The position numbers and the translations under genes are program-made. From Clostridia bacterium (GTDB lineage Bacteria; Bacillota; Clostridia; Oscillospirales; CAG-272), in NCBI GenBank assembly GCA_017556745.1, contig JAFYMF010000010.1, forward strand, positions 21,229-85,228: 64,000 nt of DNA, read 5' to 3'. Of the stretch, positions 26,560 to 35,672 are shown in pieces. How positions within the stretch are numbered: the first letter of the stretch is position 1; every line of letters begins with the position of its first letter. The notes beneath the pieces are model-generated. The model was given only the letters and a program-made list of their open reading frames with translations. It did no database searches and had not been told where the DNA came from.

Positions 26560-28008
26560 TCAGAAACGGAAATCGCGGCGGTTGGATGCCTTTATATCCT
26601 CAATATTCTTTTTTGCGATCTCGTATACCTTTTGAGTGGGAATTTTTTTGAGTTCTTCTTCGATCATCTTGTAACCGATCTCACGTGTCTCGTCACTTGC
26701 ATAGTCCACAAGATATTCGGTAAGGGTCATAAGAGCATTGGGGTGACAGCAGTTAAGTATCTGTCCGGTTTTACACAGACTCATGAACCTGTCACCGGTT
26801 CTGCCTTCTCTGTAGCAAGCGGTACAGAAAGAGGGAATATGGCCAAGCTCCATAAGCCAACGAACGACCTCGTCAAGGGTTCTCTGATCAGAAACATCAA
26901 ACTGCTCGGAATCATGAGGACGCTCAGCCTCGGTATATCCGCCGACTGAGGTACGGGAAGCGCCGCTGATCTGTGAAATACCCATTCTGAGGGCTTCGCC
27001 TCTTACCTTCTCTGACTCACGAGTGGAAATTATCATACCGGTGTAGGGAACTGCGATTCTGATGCAGGCAATTATCTTCTTGAATATATCATCGGGAATG
27101 GAATTATCAAATACGTTGGGATCAATGTCGTCTGCTTTTTTGATTCTGGGGACACTGATCGTGTGAGGGCCTACCCCGTGAACTGCCTCAAGATGCTCTG
27201 CATGCATCATAAGACCGATAAACTCGTACATATAGAGCTCGAGTCCGAAAAGTACGCCAAGTCCAACGTCATCAATACCACCCTCCATAGCTCTGTCCAT
27301 TGCCTCGGTATGATAGTCGTAGTTATGTTTAGGTCCTGTGGGGTGGAGCTTGAGATAACTTTCTTTGTGATACGTCTCCTGGAAGAGAATGTATGTTCCT
27401 ATTCCGGCATCCTTGAGCTTTCTGTAATTTTCAACCGTAGTCGCGGCTATATTAACGTTAACACGACGGATTGCACCGTTCTTGTGCTTGATACTGTATA
27501 TTGTATCTATGCACTCAAGAATGTACTCGATTGGGTTATTAATGGGATCCTCACCCGATTCAATGGCAAGACGTTTGTGACCCATATCCTGGAGTGCTAT
27601 AACCTCACGGCGAACCTCCTCCTGGGTCAGTTTCTTTCTTGCAATATGGGTATTCTTTAAGTGATAGGGGCAATATACACATCCGTTTACACAGTAATTA
27701 GACAGGTAAAGAGGCGCGAACATTACAATTCTGTTTCCGTAGAAAGCAAGCTTTATCTCCTCAGCCAGTTTAAGCATTGCCTCGTTTTTTTCAGGAATGT
27801 CGCATGCAAGGAGAACTGCGGCATCGCGGTGATTAAGTCCTACACAATGAAGACCGTTTCCGTCTTTTCTGGGACGGGCTTTCTCAAGGATTTCATCGAT
27901 AAGAGCTGCATTGTGCTTGTTCTTTTCTGCATACTCTATGGTTTCTCTTATTTCTGCATCGTTTATAAATTCTTCGGCATGCATTGATTTTACATTGTAT
28001 TCAGCCAT
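26560..28008 (-). CDS. hydG: [FeFe]-hydrogenase maturase HydG (radical SAM tyrosine lyase)
   Basis: 482 aa; CVNGCVYCPY radical-SAM motif and C-terminal CTACYREGRTGDRFMSLC auxiliary cluster region. Confidence 0.9.
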   Translation of the reverse strand: MAEYNVKSMHAEEFINDAEIRETIEYAEKNKHNAALIDEILEKARPRKDGNGLHCVGLNHRDAAVLLACDIPEKNEAMLKLAEEIKLAFYGNRIVMFAPLYLSNYCVNGCVYCPYHLKNTHIARKKLTQEEVRREVIALQDMGHKRLAIESGEDPINNPIEYILECIDTIYSIKHKNGAIRRVNVNIAATTVENYRKLKDAGIGTYILFQETYHKESYLKLHPTGPKHNYDYHTEAMDRAMEGGIDDVGLGVLFGLELYMYEFIGLMMHAEHLEAVHGVGPHTISVPRIKKADDIDPNVFDNSIPDDIFKKIIACIRIAVPYTGMIISTRESEKVRGEALRMGISQISGASRTSVGGYTEAERPHDSEQFDVSDQRTLDEVVRWLMELGHIPSFCTACYREGRTGDRFMSLCKTGQILNCCHPNALMTLTEYLVDYASDETREIGYKMIEEELKKIPTQKVYEIAKKNIEDIKASNRRDFRF

Positions 28009-28027
28009 TTTTTATATCTCCGTTTCA

Positions 28028-29080
28028 TTACATTTTTATTGCATCGCCGCGGTCGGTGACTACCTCATAACCTATTGCGGCTATTTTTTCTTTTAGAAGA
28101 GTGAGCTTTTCTGCCGATTCAGCGCCGGTTGAAAGCTTGTTATTATAGAGTGAATATTTTTTCCTGGTGTCCTCGGGTGAAAGATTCGGCATAACTACAT
28201 TAGCACCGGACAATATTCCAAGTTCACGACCACCCTCAAGTATACTTCCGAGGGCTGTGGTGGCAGGGAGAAGTACAGTAGGTACGGCGAGCCTCACTAT
28301 TGATAGCAGATAGCAGGTAAACTCCGCATCTCCTGCATCAAAGTCACGAAAAGGTGTGTCTTTATGAGGGATAAAAGGTCCTATTCCACACATCTGAGGT
28401 GAGAATGTTTCTACAAATTTAAGGTCTTTTGCGATGTTTTCCGGAGTTTGATACGGTGATCCAACCATAAATCCGCACCCTGTTTGGAATCCGATTTTTT
28501 TAAGGGAATTAAGACAGTCAATCCTGTTTTCAAGAGTGAGTTCACTTGGGTGAAGACGCGAGTAGTGGCAACTGTCTGCTGTTTCGTGACGAAGAAGATA
28601 TCTGTCAGCACCTGCGGAGTAAAGTCTCTCGTAACTTTCACGTGAACGTTCCCCGAGAGATAATGTTACAGCACAGTCGGGGTAATTTCTTTTTATTTCC
28701 GATATTATACCGCACATCCTTTCGTCGGTATAGTACGGATCTTCACCGCCTTGCATTACGAAGGTACGGAAACCGAGGCTGTATCCGACATGAGCACAGG
28801 ATATAATTTCCTCTTCTGTAAGGCGGTACCTTTCTACAAGTTTGTTGCTTCTTCTTATACCGCAGTACAGACAGTCGTTCTTGCAGTAATTGCTGATCTC
28901 AATAAGACCTCTTATATAGACCTTGTTACCGTAATGCTTTTTTCTGACTTCCACTGCAAGACTGCGAAGATATTCTGTAACCTCCGGTGTACGGTTATTT
29001 ATTAAGTGCAGATATTCAGCTTCTTCAAGAGAAGATGTATTGTATAATTTATCAATTAGTTTTTTCGTTACTTCATTCAT
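28028..29080 (-). CDS. hydE: [FeFe]-hydrogenase maturase HydE (radical SAM)
   Basis: 350 aa; CKNDCLYCGIR motif, biotin-synthase-like fold signature. Confidence 0.9.
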   Translation of the reverse strand: MNEVTKKLIDKLYNTSSLEEAEYLHLINNRTPEVTEYLRSLAVEVRKKHYGNKVYIRGLIEISNYCKNDCLYCGIRRSNKLVERYRLTEEEIISCAHVGYSLGFRTFVMQGGEDPYYTDERMCGIISEIKRNYPDCAVTLSLGERSRESYERLYSAGADRYLLRHETADSCHYSRLHPSELTLENRIDCLNSLKKIGFQTGCGFMVGSPYQTPENIAKDLKFVETFSPQMCGIGPFIPHKDTPFRDFDAGDAEFTCYLLSIVRLAVPTVLLPATTALGSILEGGRELGILSGANVVMPNLSPEDTRKKYSLYNNKLSTGAESAEKLTLLKEKIAAIGYEVVTDRGDAIKM

Positions 29081-29330
29081 CGGTGATTACATTGGAATAC
29101 GCGGTTTTAACACTTATGCCCGTGATATTCCCAACCTTTCCCGCCAGTGCCGCAATTATATCCTGAGGAGCGTCAATGGCGATGGATACAATGTTTACGC
29201 TTTTTTCTTTATAGGGTATCCCCATTCTTCCGATAATATATTTTCCGTATTCATGCAGAAGAGAATTAAGAGATTCGACAGACTCTGTGTTTTCAATAAT
29301 AATCCCCATAACAGCAATACGAGTAGACAT
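29073..29330 (-). CDS. TM1266-family putative iron-only hydrogenase system regulator (ACT-like, 85 aa)
   Basis: MSTRIAVMGIIIENTESVESLNSLLHEYGKYIIGRMGIPYKEKSVNIVSIAIDAP; overlaps the hydE start by 8 nt; first gene of the operon. Confidence 0.75.
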   Translation of the reverse strand: MSTRIAVMGIIIENTESVESLNSLLHEYGKYIIGRMGIPYKEKSVNIVSIAIDAPQDIIAALAGKVGNITGISVKTAYSNVITDE

Positions 29331-29341
29331 AAAGATCCTCC

Positions 29342-29377
29342 AAAAAAATAATGCTGTACCGACATAGGTACAGCATT
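29342..29377 (-). terminator. intrinsic terminator in the leader of the hyd maturation operon
   Basis: Minus-strand RNA AAUGCUGUACC-UAUGUC-GGUACAGCAUU A UUUUUUU, directly followed by GGAGG and the start codon. Confidence 0.7.
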
Positions 29378-29461
29378 TGAAAAGGGTACATTACCCCCTA
29401 TATACTATCAAATACCTTTCACCTTGGAACGACTGTGCGAACCTCATGTCAGGACACCATA

Positions 29462-29490
29462 ATTTTATCATTTTATGCTTTTTTTGTCAA
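29462..29490 (-). promoter_or_regulatory. sigma-A-type promoter of the hyd maturation operon
   Basis: Minus strand TTGACA - 17 nt - TAAAAT. Confidence 0.6.
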
Positions 29491-29545
29491 TAGAATCGGA
29501 CTGTTAAATAATCAAAACAAACTTTTATGATAAAGTGAAAAAGTG

Positions 29546-29574
29546 TTGAAAATCAATAAATATGGTGGTATAAT
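29546..29574 (+). promoter_or_regulatory. sigma-A-type promoter of mscL
   Basis: TTGAAA - 17 nt - TATAAT. Confidence 0.6.
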
Positions 29575-29614
29575 GAAATAAATAAGAATATGCTTTATGC
29601 AGAAAGGATAAACT

Positions 29615-30079
29615 ATGAAAAAGTTTTTCTCTGATTTCAAAGCCTTTATAATGAAGGGCAACATTATTGATATGGCTGTCGGTGTTGTAATTGGCGGTGC
29701 CTTTGGTAAGATAGTTACATCTCTCGTAAATGACATTATCACCCCCCTTATCAGTATGGCAACAGGTAAGGTTTCGCTTACCGAACTTAAGTGGATTATC
29801 AAGCCTGAGGCTGTAGATGCAGCAGGTGAGATTCTTCAGAAAGAGCTTGCGCTTACATATGGTAACTTTATTCAGACTGTTATCGATTTCCTTATCATTG
29901 CTTTTTCTATTTTCATTGTTCTTCGTGTTATGATTAATGCACAGAAAAAGCTTGAGGCATTGAAGAAGAAGGAAGAAGAGGTTGTTGAGGAGACCAAGCC
30001 CGAAGAACCAAAGGAGACCGAGCTTTCTGTTCTTTGTGAGATTCGTGAAATGCTGAAAAAGGATAATAATCAGAAGTAA
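29615..30079 (+). CDS. mscL: large-conductance mechanosensitive channel MscL
   Basis: FKAFIMKGNIIDMAVGVVIGGAFGKIVTSLVNDIITPLI canonical MscL N-terminus. Confidence 0.9.
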   Translation: MKKFFSDFKAFIMKGNIIDMAVGVVIGGAFGKIVTSLVNDIITPLISMATGKVSLTELKWIIKPEAVDAAGEILQKELALTYGNFIQTVIDFLIIAFSIFIVLRVMINAQKKLEALKKKEEEVVEETKPEEPKETELSVLCEIREMLKKDNNQK

Positions 30080-30105
30080 TAATTACTATTGAGAGTGTGT
30101 CAGAT

Positions 30106-31167
30106 ATGGAAAAGATCAAAGTAGGTGTTATAGGTTGCGGTGGTATTGGTTGTGGAGCGCACATACCATGCTACGCGGCAAATGACGCTGTTGAAATAAA
30201 ATATTTTTGTGATATCATACCTGAGAGAGCACAAAACGCTGCGAAAAAATACGGTGGTATTGCTGTTACCGATTACCATCAAGTAATAAATGACCCTGAT
30301 GTTGTTGCTGTTTCTGTTTGTACACCTAATAATACTCACCCCACGATAGCAATTGATGCAATGCGTGCAGGTAAGCATGTTTTGTGTGAGAAGCCTGCGG
30401 CAAAGACTCTTGAAGAGGCTCTTTTGATGCAGAAGGTTCAGCAGGAGACCGGAGTTAATCTTGTTATCGGTGTCGTAAACAGATATAACGGTGCTGTTAA
30501 TGAAATAAAAAAGATGATCGCTGCGGGTGATCTTGGAGACGTATATCACGTTTACGTTTCCTTCCGTGCTCACCGTTCTATCCCTGGACTCGGCGGCCTG
30601 TATACCAATAAAGAGGTAGCCGGCGGCGGTGTGCTTATTGACTGGGGAGTTCATTACTTCGATCTTGCACTTTATTGCCTTGGTGAGCCCGAGCCTCGTT
30701 CTGTTTCCGGCCATGCACACAGTGTTCTTGGTTGTGATATGCCTAACTACGTTTATGACGGAATGTGGGCTGAGCATTCTAAGGATCTTAACGGTGTTTA
30801 TAATGTTGAGGATTTTGTTACCGGTTTTATCCGCACTGATGGCCCTACAATATCTTTTAACGGTTGCTGGGCACAAAACATTCAACGCGAGGAAAGATAT
30901 ATTGATTTCCTTGGTGACAAAGGCGGTATTCATCTGAATTACTGCGGTAATTTCACCTATTATACTGTGGAGGATAAAAAGTTTGTTAACTGTATTCCTG
31001 AGTATAATGAGAAGGACATGTATCAAGAGGAGATAGATTCCTTTATCCGTTCTATAGAAACAGGCGAGAAGCTTCAGTCTCATATAGACTACATCATTAA
31101 GACAGCAAAGATAATGCAGGGTATCTATGATTCCTCTGACAGCGGGAAAGAAGTTATTTTTGATTAA
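30106..31167 (+). CDS. Gfo/Idh/MocA-family NAD(P)-dependent oxidoreductase
   Basis: KVGVIGCGGIGCGAHIP Rossmann motif, EKP motif (HVLCEKPAA). Track ORF starts at GTG 30097; ATG 30106 preferred. Confidence 0.8.
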   Translation: MEKIKVGVIGCGGIGCGAHIPCYAANDAVEIKYFCDIIPERAQNAAKKYGGIAVTDYHQVINDPDVVAVSVCTPNNTHPTIAIDAMRAGKHVLCEKPAAKTLEEALLMQKVQQETGVNLVIGVVNRYNGAVNEIKKMIAAGDLGDVYHVYVSFRAHRSIPGLGGLYTNKEVAGGGVLIDWGVHYFDLALYCLGEPEPRSVSGHAHSVLGCDMPNYVYDGMWAEHSKDLNGVYNVEDFVTGFIRTDGPTISFNGCWAQNIQREERYIDFLGDKGGIHLNYCGNFTYYTVEDKKFVNCIPEYNEKDMYQEEIDSFIRSIETGEKLQSHIDYIIKTAKIMQGIYDSSDSGKEVIFD

Positions 31168-31179
31168 ATTGGTATTGTT

Positions 31180-32196
31180 ATGAAAAAGATATTAGTTATA
31201 GTATTTATTTTATCTGCACTGGCTTTTACTGTGTCTTGTGCTGAAGAAAAATGCACAGAGCATTTGTTTTCTGATTGGAATGTCAAAACAGCTCCCACCT
31301 GCATTGATACAGGACTTGATACAAGGGAATGTGAGAAATGTGGATTTTTCGAAGAAAGAACTGTCGATATAGTCGATCATTCATTTGATGAATGGTATGC
31401 TGATGATGTTCTTCCCGGTATTTTTATCGGCCACGAAAGGCGTGACTGTAAGTTTTGTGATCTGTACGAGACAAAATTCGAGGAAGTAAAAACTAAGTTA
31501 GGTGTTGTTTACTTAACGAGAACTGAAAACACACTTGAGTCTCAGGGGATGAACAGCAGACAGGGTGGTTGTTACAACGGAAGCAACTACTATCAGGCTT
31601 TTATTGCAGAGGATGAATCTTCCTCGTTTATCGCTAAGAACAATATTAAGACAGGAGAAGTAATATTCAGTGAACCCAGAGCAATGGGACACGCTAACGA
31701 TATGACTTATATACCTGAGCTCAATCAAGTTCTTGTCTGTGATAGTGAAACCAAGGTTTTTTTCTATGATGCCGATACTCTTGAGTTTATAAAAGAATGT
31801 GAACTTAGCAAAAACATAGGTGCAATATCCTATAATGCACATAACAATACATATACGGGATATGGAAATTCCAAGGATAAAACAATTTATATACTTGATG
31901 AGAATTTTAATTTTATCGGTCAGTTTCCAATGAAGGAGACAATGAAAACTGCCCAGGGTATATGTTCTGATGCTACCTATGTTTACAGTTTGTATACTCC
32001 GTTTGTTGATGGTCGGCATGAATGCCATATAATCATACATGATTATAACGGAAATTACATAGCCACTCTTAATTTGTCATTGTCTAACGGTTACGAGGCG
32101 GAAAATCTGAGCATTATTGATGGACAGTTTTACATTGCCGTGTGTACTCCTAATCCTTTTGTAACATTGAATAGCGTGGTACCTTATCCCAGTTGA
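31180..32196 (+). CDS. lipoprotein of unknown function with N-terminal Cys-rich module
   Basis: MKKILVIVFILSALAFTVSC lipobox; CTEH...TC...CEKCG...H and CKFC pattern. Confidence 0.65.
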   Translation: MKKILVIVFILSALAFTVSCAEEKCTEHLFSDWNVKTAPTCIDTGLDTRECEKCGFFEERTVDIVDHSFDEWYADDVLPGIFIGHERRDCKFCDLYETKFEEVKTKLGVVYLTRTENTLESQGMNSRQGGCYNGSNYYQAFIAEDESSSFIAKNNIKTGEVIFSEPRAMGHANDMTYIPELNQVLVCDSETKVFFYDADTLEFIKECELSKNIGAISYNAHNNTYTGYGNSKDKTIYILDENFNFIGQFPMKETMKTAQGICSDATYVYSLYTPFVDGRHECHIIIHDYNGNYIATLNLSLSNGYEAENLSIIDGQFYIAVCTPNPFVTLNSVVPYPS

Positions 32197-32228
32197 TTGC
32201 TTTTCCAAAGCAACCTAAATAATTATTT

Positions 32229-32257
32229 AAAACCGCCATTCTTGGCGGTTTTTCTTT
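32229..32257 (+). terminator. intrinsic terminator
   Basis: aaaaccgcca-ttct-tggcggttttt. Confidence 0.8.
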
Positions 32258-32349
32258 GTTATATTAAGGTGTTTTCAAGGTTGACAAAGGTGTCCTAAAA
32301 TGTTATACTGATTCTATATAAAATAAGTGGTTTTAGGAGATAAAACAAA

Positions 32350-33516
32350 GTGAAGATTTTATTTGCTGCTGATGTTTGTTTTAACAATCTTCCTATCCCG
32401 GATGATAACAACACAGCCGTTAATGCAATGAAAGAAGCCGGAGAATTTTTCAAAGCTGCGGATTTTTCTATGCTTAATCTCGAGAATATTTTCGGAGTAA
32501 GGGAAGAGCATGAGCCTATAATCAAGACCGGTCCTAACCTTATTTCCGATGATAAATTTATCAGTTACATAAACGCTTTGTCACCGACAGTTATCGGACT
32601 TGCCAATAATCATACCAAGGATTACGGCGAGGGCGCCATGCTTCATACGATAGATCTGCTTAAGAGCGAGGGGTATATCTGTATAGGTGCAGGAAATAAC
32701 ATAGATGAGGCTTATTTACCGGCTGAACTCACAAAAGACGGTGTTACAGTTTCGATAATAGCTGTCTGTGAGAATGAATTCGGTATAGCCGAGAAAGATG
32801 TCTCCGGAACAGCAGGATATAATATTTCAAGAGTTACTCATGCGATCTATTCCGCAAAGGAAAAGGGGTACCTTCCGATTATATATTTCCACGGCGGAAA
32901 CGAGAAGAATCCTTTCCCGTCTCCCGGAAAAATAGATCTTTACCGTCATTTTATTGACCTTGGTGCTTCTGCTGTTATTGCGATGCATACTCATTGTCCT
33001 CAGGGATATGAGATATATGACGGAAAACCTATTGTGTACAGTATGGGTAATTTCTTCTTCCCGCCTAAACCTATTCCCAATCCTGACCGCAAAAAATCAT
33101 GGTTCTATGGATACATGGCGGAGCTTGATATAAATGAGACGGGAGTATCACTTATCACTCATCCTTACTCATTCGACAAGGATGGAATAAAGGTACTTTG
33201 CGGTGAAGATAAAGAGTATTTTGACAGATATATTGACCGTATCAGCCGTGATATAGATGATCCCGAGATAATGAGAAATATGTTTGACAGTTGGTGCCTT
33301 ACCCAGGGGTACATAGATACTCTCACTGACTATACTATCGGAATGTTCTATACTGCAGATCCTATGACTGCAAGAAGCATGAGAAATAATTTTTCCTGCG
33401 AGGCACATAATGAACTGCTCACCAATTCCTTTAAGATGATGTATGAGGAGAGAGTGGAGAAGGCGATCCCAGGTAAAGAGACTATAGCTAAGCTGCAGGA
33501 TATTATTCTTGACTGA
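32350..33516 (+). CDS. CapA-family (poly-gamma-glutamate capsule synthesis / metallophosphatase-like) protein
   Basis: GTG start; ILFAADVCFNN, GLANNHTKDYG, HGGNE, MHTHCPQG motifs. Confidence 0.75.
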   Translation: MKILFAADVCFNNLPIPDDNNTAVNAMKEAGEFFKAADFSMLNLENIFGVREEHEPIIKTGPNLISDDKFISYINALSPTVIGLANNHTKDYGEGAMLHTIDLLKSEGYICIGAGNNIDEAYLPAELTKDGVTVSIIAVCENEFGIAEKDVSGTAGYNISRVTHAIYSAKEKGYLPIIYFHGGNEKNPFPSPGKIDLYRHFIDLGASAVIAMHTHCPQGYEIYDGKPIVYSMGNFFFPPKPIPNPDRKKSWFYGYMAELDINETGVSLITHPYSFDKDGIKVLCGEDKEYFDRYIDRISRDIDDPEIMRNMFDSWCLTQGYIDTLTDYTIGMFYTADPMTARSMRNNFSCEAHNELLTNSFKMMYEERVEKAIPGKETIAKLQDIILD

Positions 33517-33528
33517 AAAGAGTAAAAG

Positions 33529-34767
33529 ATGAAAAAAGATATTGAAAAGATATATTCCGATGCCATAGCTGCCTGTTTGCCTGACTCGGTTGTACGTGAT
33601 GCCGTTGCAAAACTTCCCCATGTAAAGGGTAAGCTTTATTCCGTTGCCATCGGTAAGGCGGCATGGAAAATGAGCAGTACAGCCGCGGAAGAGTTAGGTG
33701 ACCGTCTTGAGGGCGGCATCGTGATAACGAAATATGAGCACTCGATGGGAGATATTCCCAAAACGGAGATATACGAGGCCGGCCATCCCGTTCCTGACGA
33801 GAACACTATATCCGCAACTGAAAGAGTGCTTGAGTTTACATCATCGCTTACTGAGGACGATATGGTGTTGTTTCTTGTTTCCGGCGGCGGCTCAGCACTG
33901 TTTGAATCAGCATCCTGCGGACTTGACGATCTTCAGGATATGACACGTCAGTTGCTTGCGGCAGGAGCATCTATAGGAGAGATAAATACGCTTCGTAAAC
34001 ACCTGTCTAAGGTAAAAGGCGGAAGATTTGCTGAGCACGTTGCTCCTGCGAGAATATTTGCGGTAATTTTGTCTGACGTTCTTGGTAACGATCCTTCTAC
34101 TATAGCATCGGGACCTGCTTGTCCCGATGGATCTACTGTAGATGACGTTCACCGTATTATATCAAAATATGGTCTTAAGCTTTCTTCCGAGGTGTTGTCT
34201 CTTCTTGAAAGAGAGACTCCAAAAAGCTTATCAAACGCAGAATACATGATCGGCGGCAGTGTCACCGAGTTGTGTGAGGCTGCACGTAAGAGCGCTGAAG
34301 CGACTGGTTTTAAGGCAGAGATACTTACTGACTGTCTTGACACGGAGGCGCGCTATGCCGGTGAATTTCTTGCTTCTGTAGGGAAGGGACACAAGGATAC
34401 TGATTGTCCACTTGCATTTATTGCAGGTGGAGAGACAGTCGTATGTCTTAAAGGCAACGGCAAAGGCGGTAGAAATCAAGAACTTGCACTCTCGGCGGCA
34501 TTAAAAATAGCCGGACATGACAATATTGCGGTGTTTTCGGTGGGCTCAGACGGTACTGACGGTCCCACCGATGCGGCAGGAGGTTTTGCTGACGGAACCA
34601 CTGCTTCAAAAATGCGTGCCAATGGAGTTGACCCCTCAGACGCCCTTGAGAATAACGATGCTTATAATGCTCTCAGTGTCGCTGATAGCTTGATCATCAC
34701 CGGTCCTACCGGTACAAATGTAAATGATATTTCGGTAGTGCTTATCTACCCAAAAATAAAAAATTAA
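33529..34767 (+). CDS. glycerate 2-kinase / hydroxypyruvate-reductase-like (DUF4147 + MOFRL)
   Basis: VAIGKAAWKMS, LVSGGGSALFE, IAGGETVVCLKGNGKGGRNQELAL, GSDGTDGPTDAAG. Confidence 0.8.
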   Translation: MKKDIEKIYSDAIAACLPDSVVRDAVAKLPHVKGKLYSVAIGKAAWKMSSTAAEELGDRLEGGIVITKYEHSMGDIPKTEIYEAGHPVPDENTISATERVLEFTSSLTEDDMVLFLVSGGGSALFESASCGLDDLQDMTRQLLAAGASIGEINTLRKHLSKVKGGRFAEHVAPARIFAVILSDVLGNDPSTIASGPACPDGSTVDDVHRIISKYGLKLSSEVLSLLERETPKSLSNAEYMIGGSVTELCEAARKSAEATGFKAEILTDCLDTEARYAGEFLASVGKGHKDTDCPLAFIAGGETVVCLKGNGKGGRNQELALSAALKIAGHDNIAVFSVGSDGTDGPTDAAGGFADGTTASKMRANGVDPSDALENNDAYNALSVADSLIITGPTGTNVNDISVVLIYPKIKN

Positions 34768-34780
34768 TGAGGTATTTATC

Positions 34781-35509
34781 ATGGAAAAAATAATGACCTA
34801 TGAAACCATCAGAAGCTTTGCATACGTGAACGATAACGTTGTTACCAAGCCTATCAAGGGTGTGGTTGTTAACTTCATCGGACTTGGCAGCGACGAAATG
34901 TTTGATAACGATAACGATGGAGATACCTTCTTCTGTGAAAAGGGAATTCTCTATGTACATCCTTACATCAATCCTTGGAACTGGATGAATAAGCAAGCTG
35001 TAAACTATACCGATGAGATTCTTGATGTCCTTTTTGAGGCTCTTGATCTTCCTGATGACCTTCCTGTTGTTTCTATAGGTGGCAGTATGGGTGGTCTCTC
35101 ATGCCTTGTATATACTAATTATGCAAAGAGAACTCCCGTTGCCTGTGTTGCTAACTGTCCTGTATGTGATGCGCCTTACCACTACACCGAGCGTCCTGAC
35201 CTCCCCAGAACCATGTACAGTGCTCTCTATAATTACTCCGGCACTATGGACGAGGCTCTCAAGTCAATTTCTCCTCTTCACCTTGCTCCTACAATGCCTA
35301 GTATTCCTTATTACATATTCCACTGCGATAAGGACAGAGCAGTTAATATCGACATGCATTCCGAGAAGCTTGTTGCCGCACTTAAAGAGGCAGGTAAGAG
35401 CGTAACATATCATATCGTTCCCGACAAGGGTCATTGCAGCCTCACCCCCGAAATGTACGAGCTTTACAGAAAGTATATCGTTGATGCTGTTTATAATGCA
35501 AACAAGTAA
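34781..35509 (+). CDS. alpha/beta-hydrolase (S9/esterase-like)
   Basis: GGSMGG nucleophile elbow, later CDKDRAV and GHCS for Asp and His. Confidence 0.7.
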   Translation: MEKIMTYETIRSFAYVNDNVVTKPIKGVVVNFIGLGSDEMFDNDNDGDTFFCEKGILYVHPYINPWNWMNKQAVNYTDEILDVLFEALDLPDDLPVVSIGGSMGGLSCLVYTNYAKRTPVACVANCPVCDAPYHYTERPDLPRTMYSALYNYSGTMDEALKSISPLHLAPTMPSIPYYIFHCDKDRAVNIDMHSEKLVAALKEAGKSVTYHIVPDKGHCSLTPEMYELYRKYIVDAVYNANK

Positions 35510-35522
35510 TAACATATAATAA

Positions 35523-35560
35523 AAAATATTCCGCGTAATTTTGCGCGGAATATTTTTTTA
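35523..35560 (+). terminator. intrinsic terminator
   Basis: aaaatattccgcg ... cgcggaatatttttttt. Confidence 0.8.
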
Positions 35561-35672
35561 TTGAAAGGGAAAAGTGCTAATCAACTAACAGGTTATTGAC
35601 TTTCCGTTGCCGTATGTTATGATATAAACAGAGGGGTTGACCTATATTTCAGGTTATAAAAGGAGGAGTTCC

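Noticed and set aside
30100-31083. 327-aa ORF on the minus strand covering almost the whole Gfo/Idh/MocA gene
   Set aside because: It runs antisense to a gene with clear family motifs. Its product is low-complexity (runs of I/L/N/K/R), has no RBS or recognisable motif, and looks like a typical shadow ORF.
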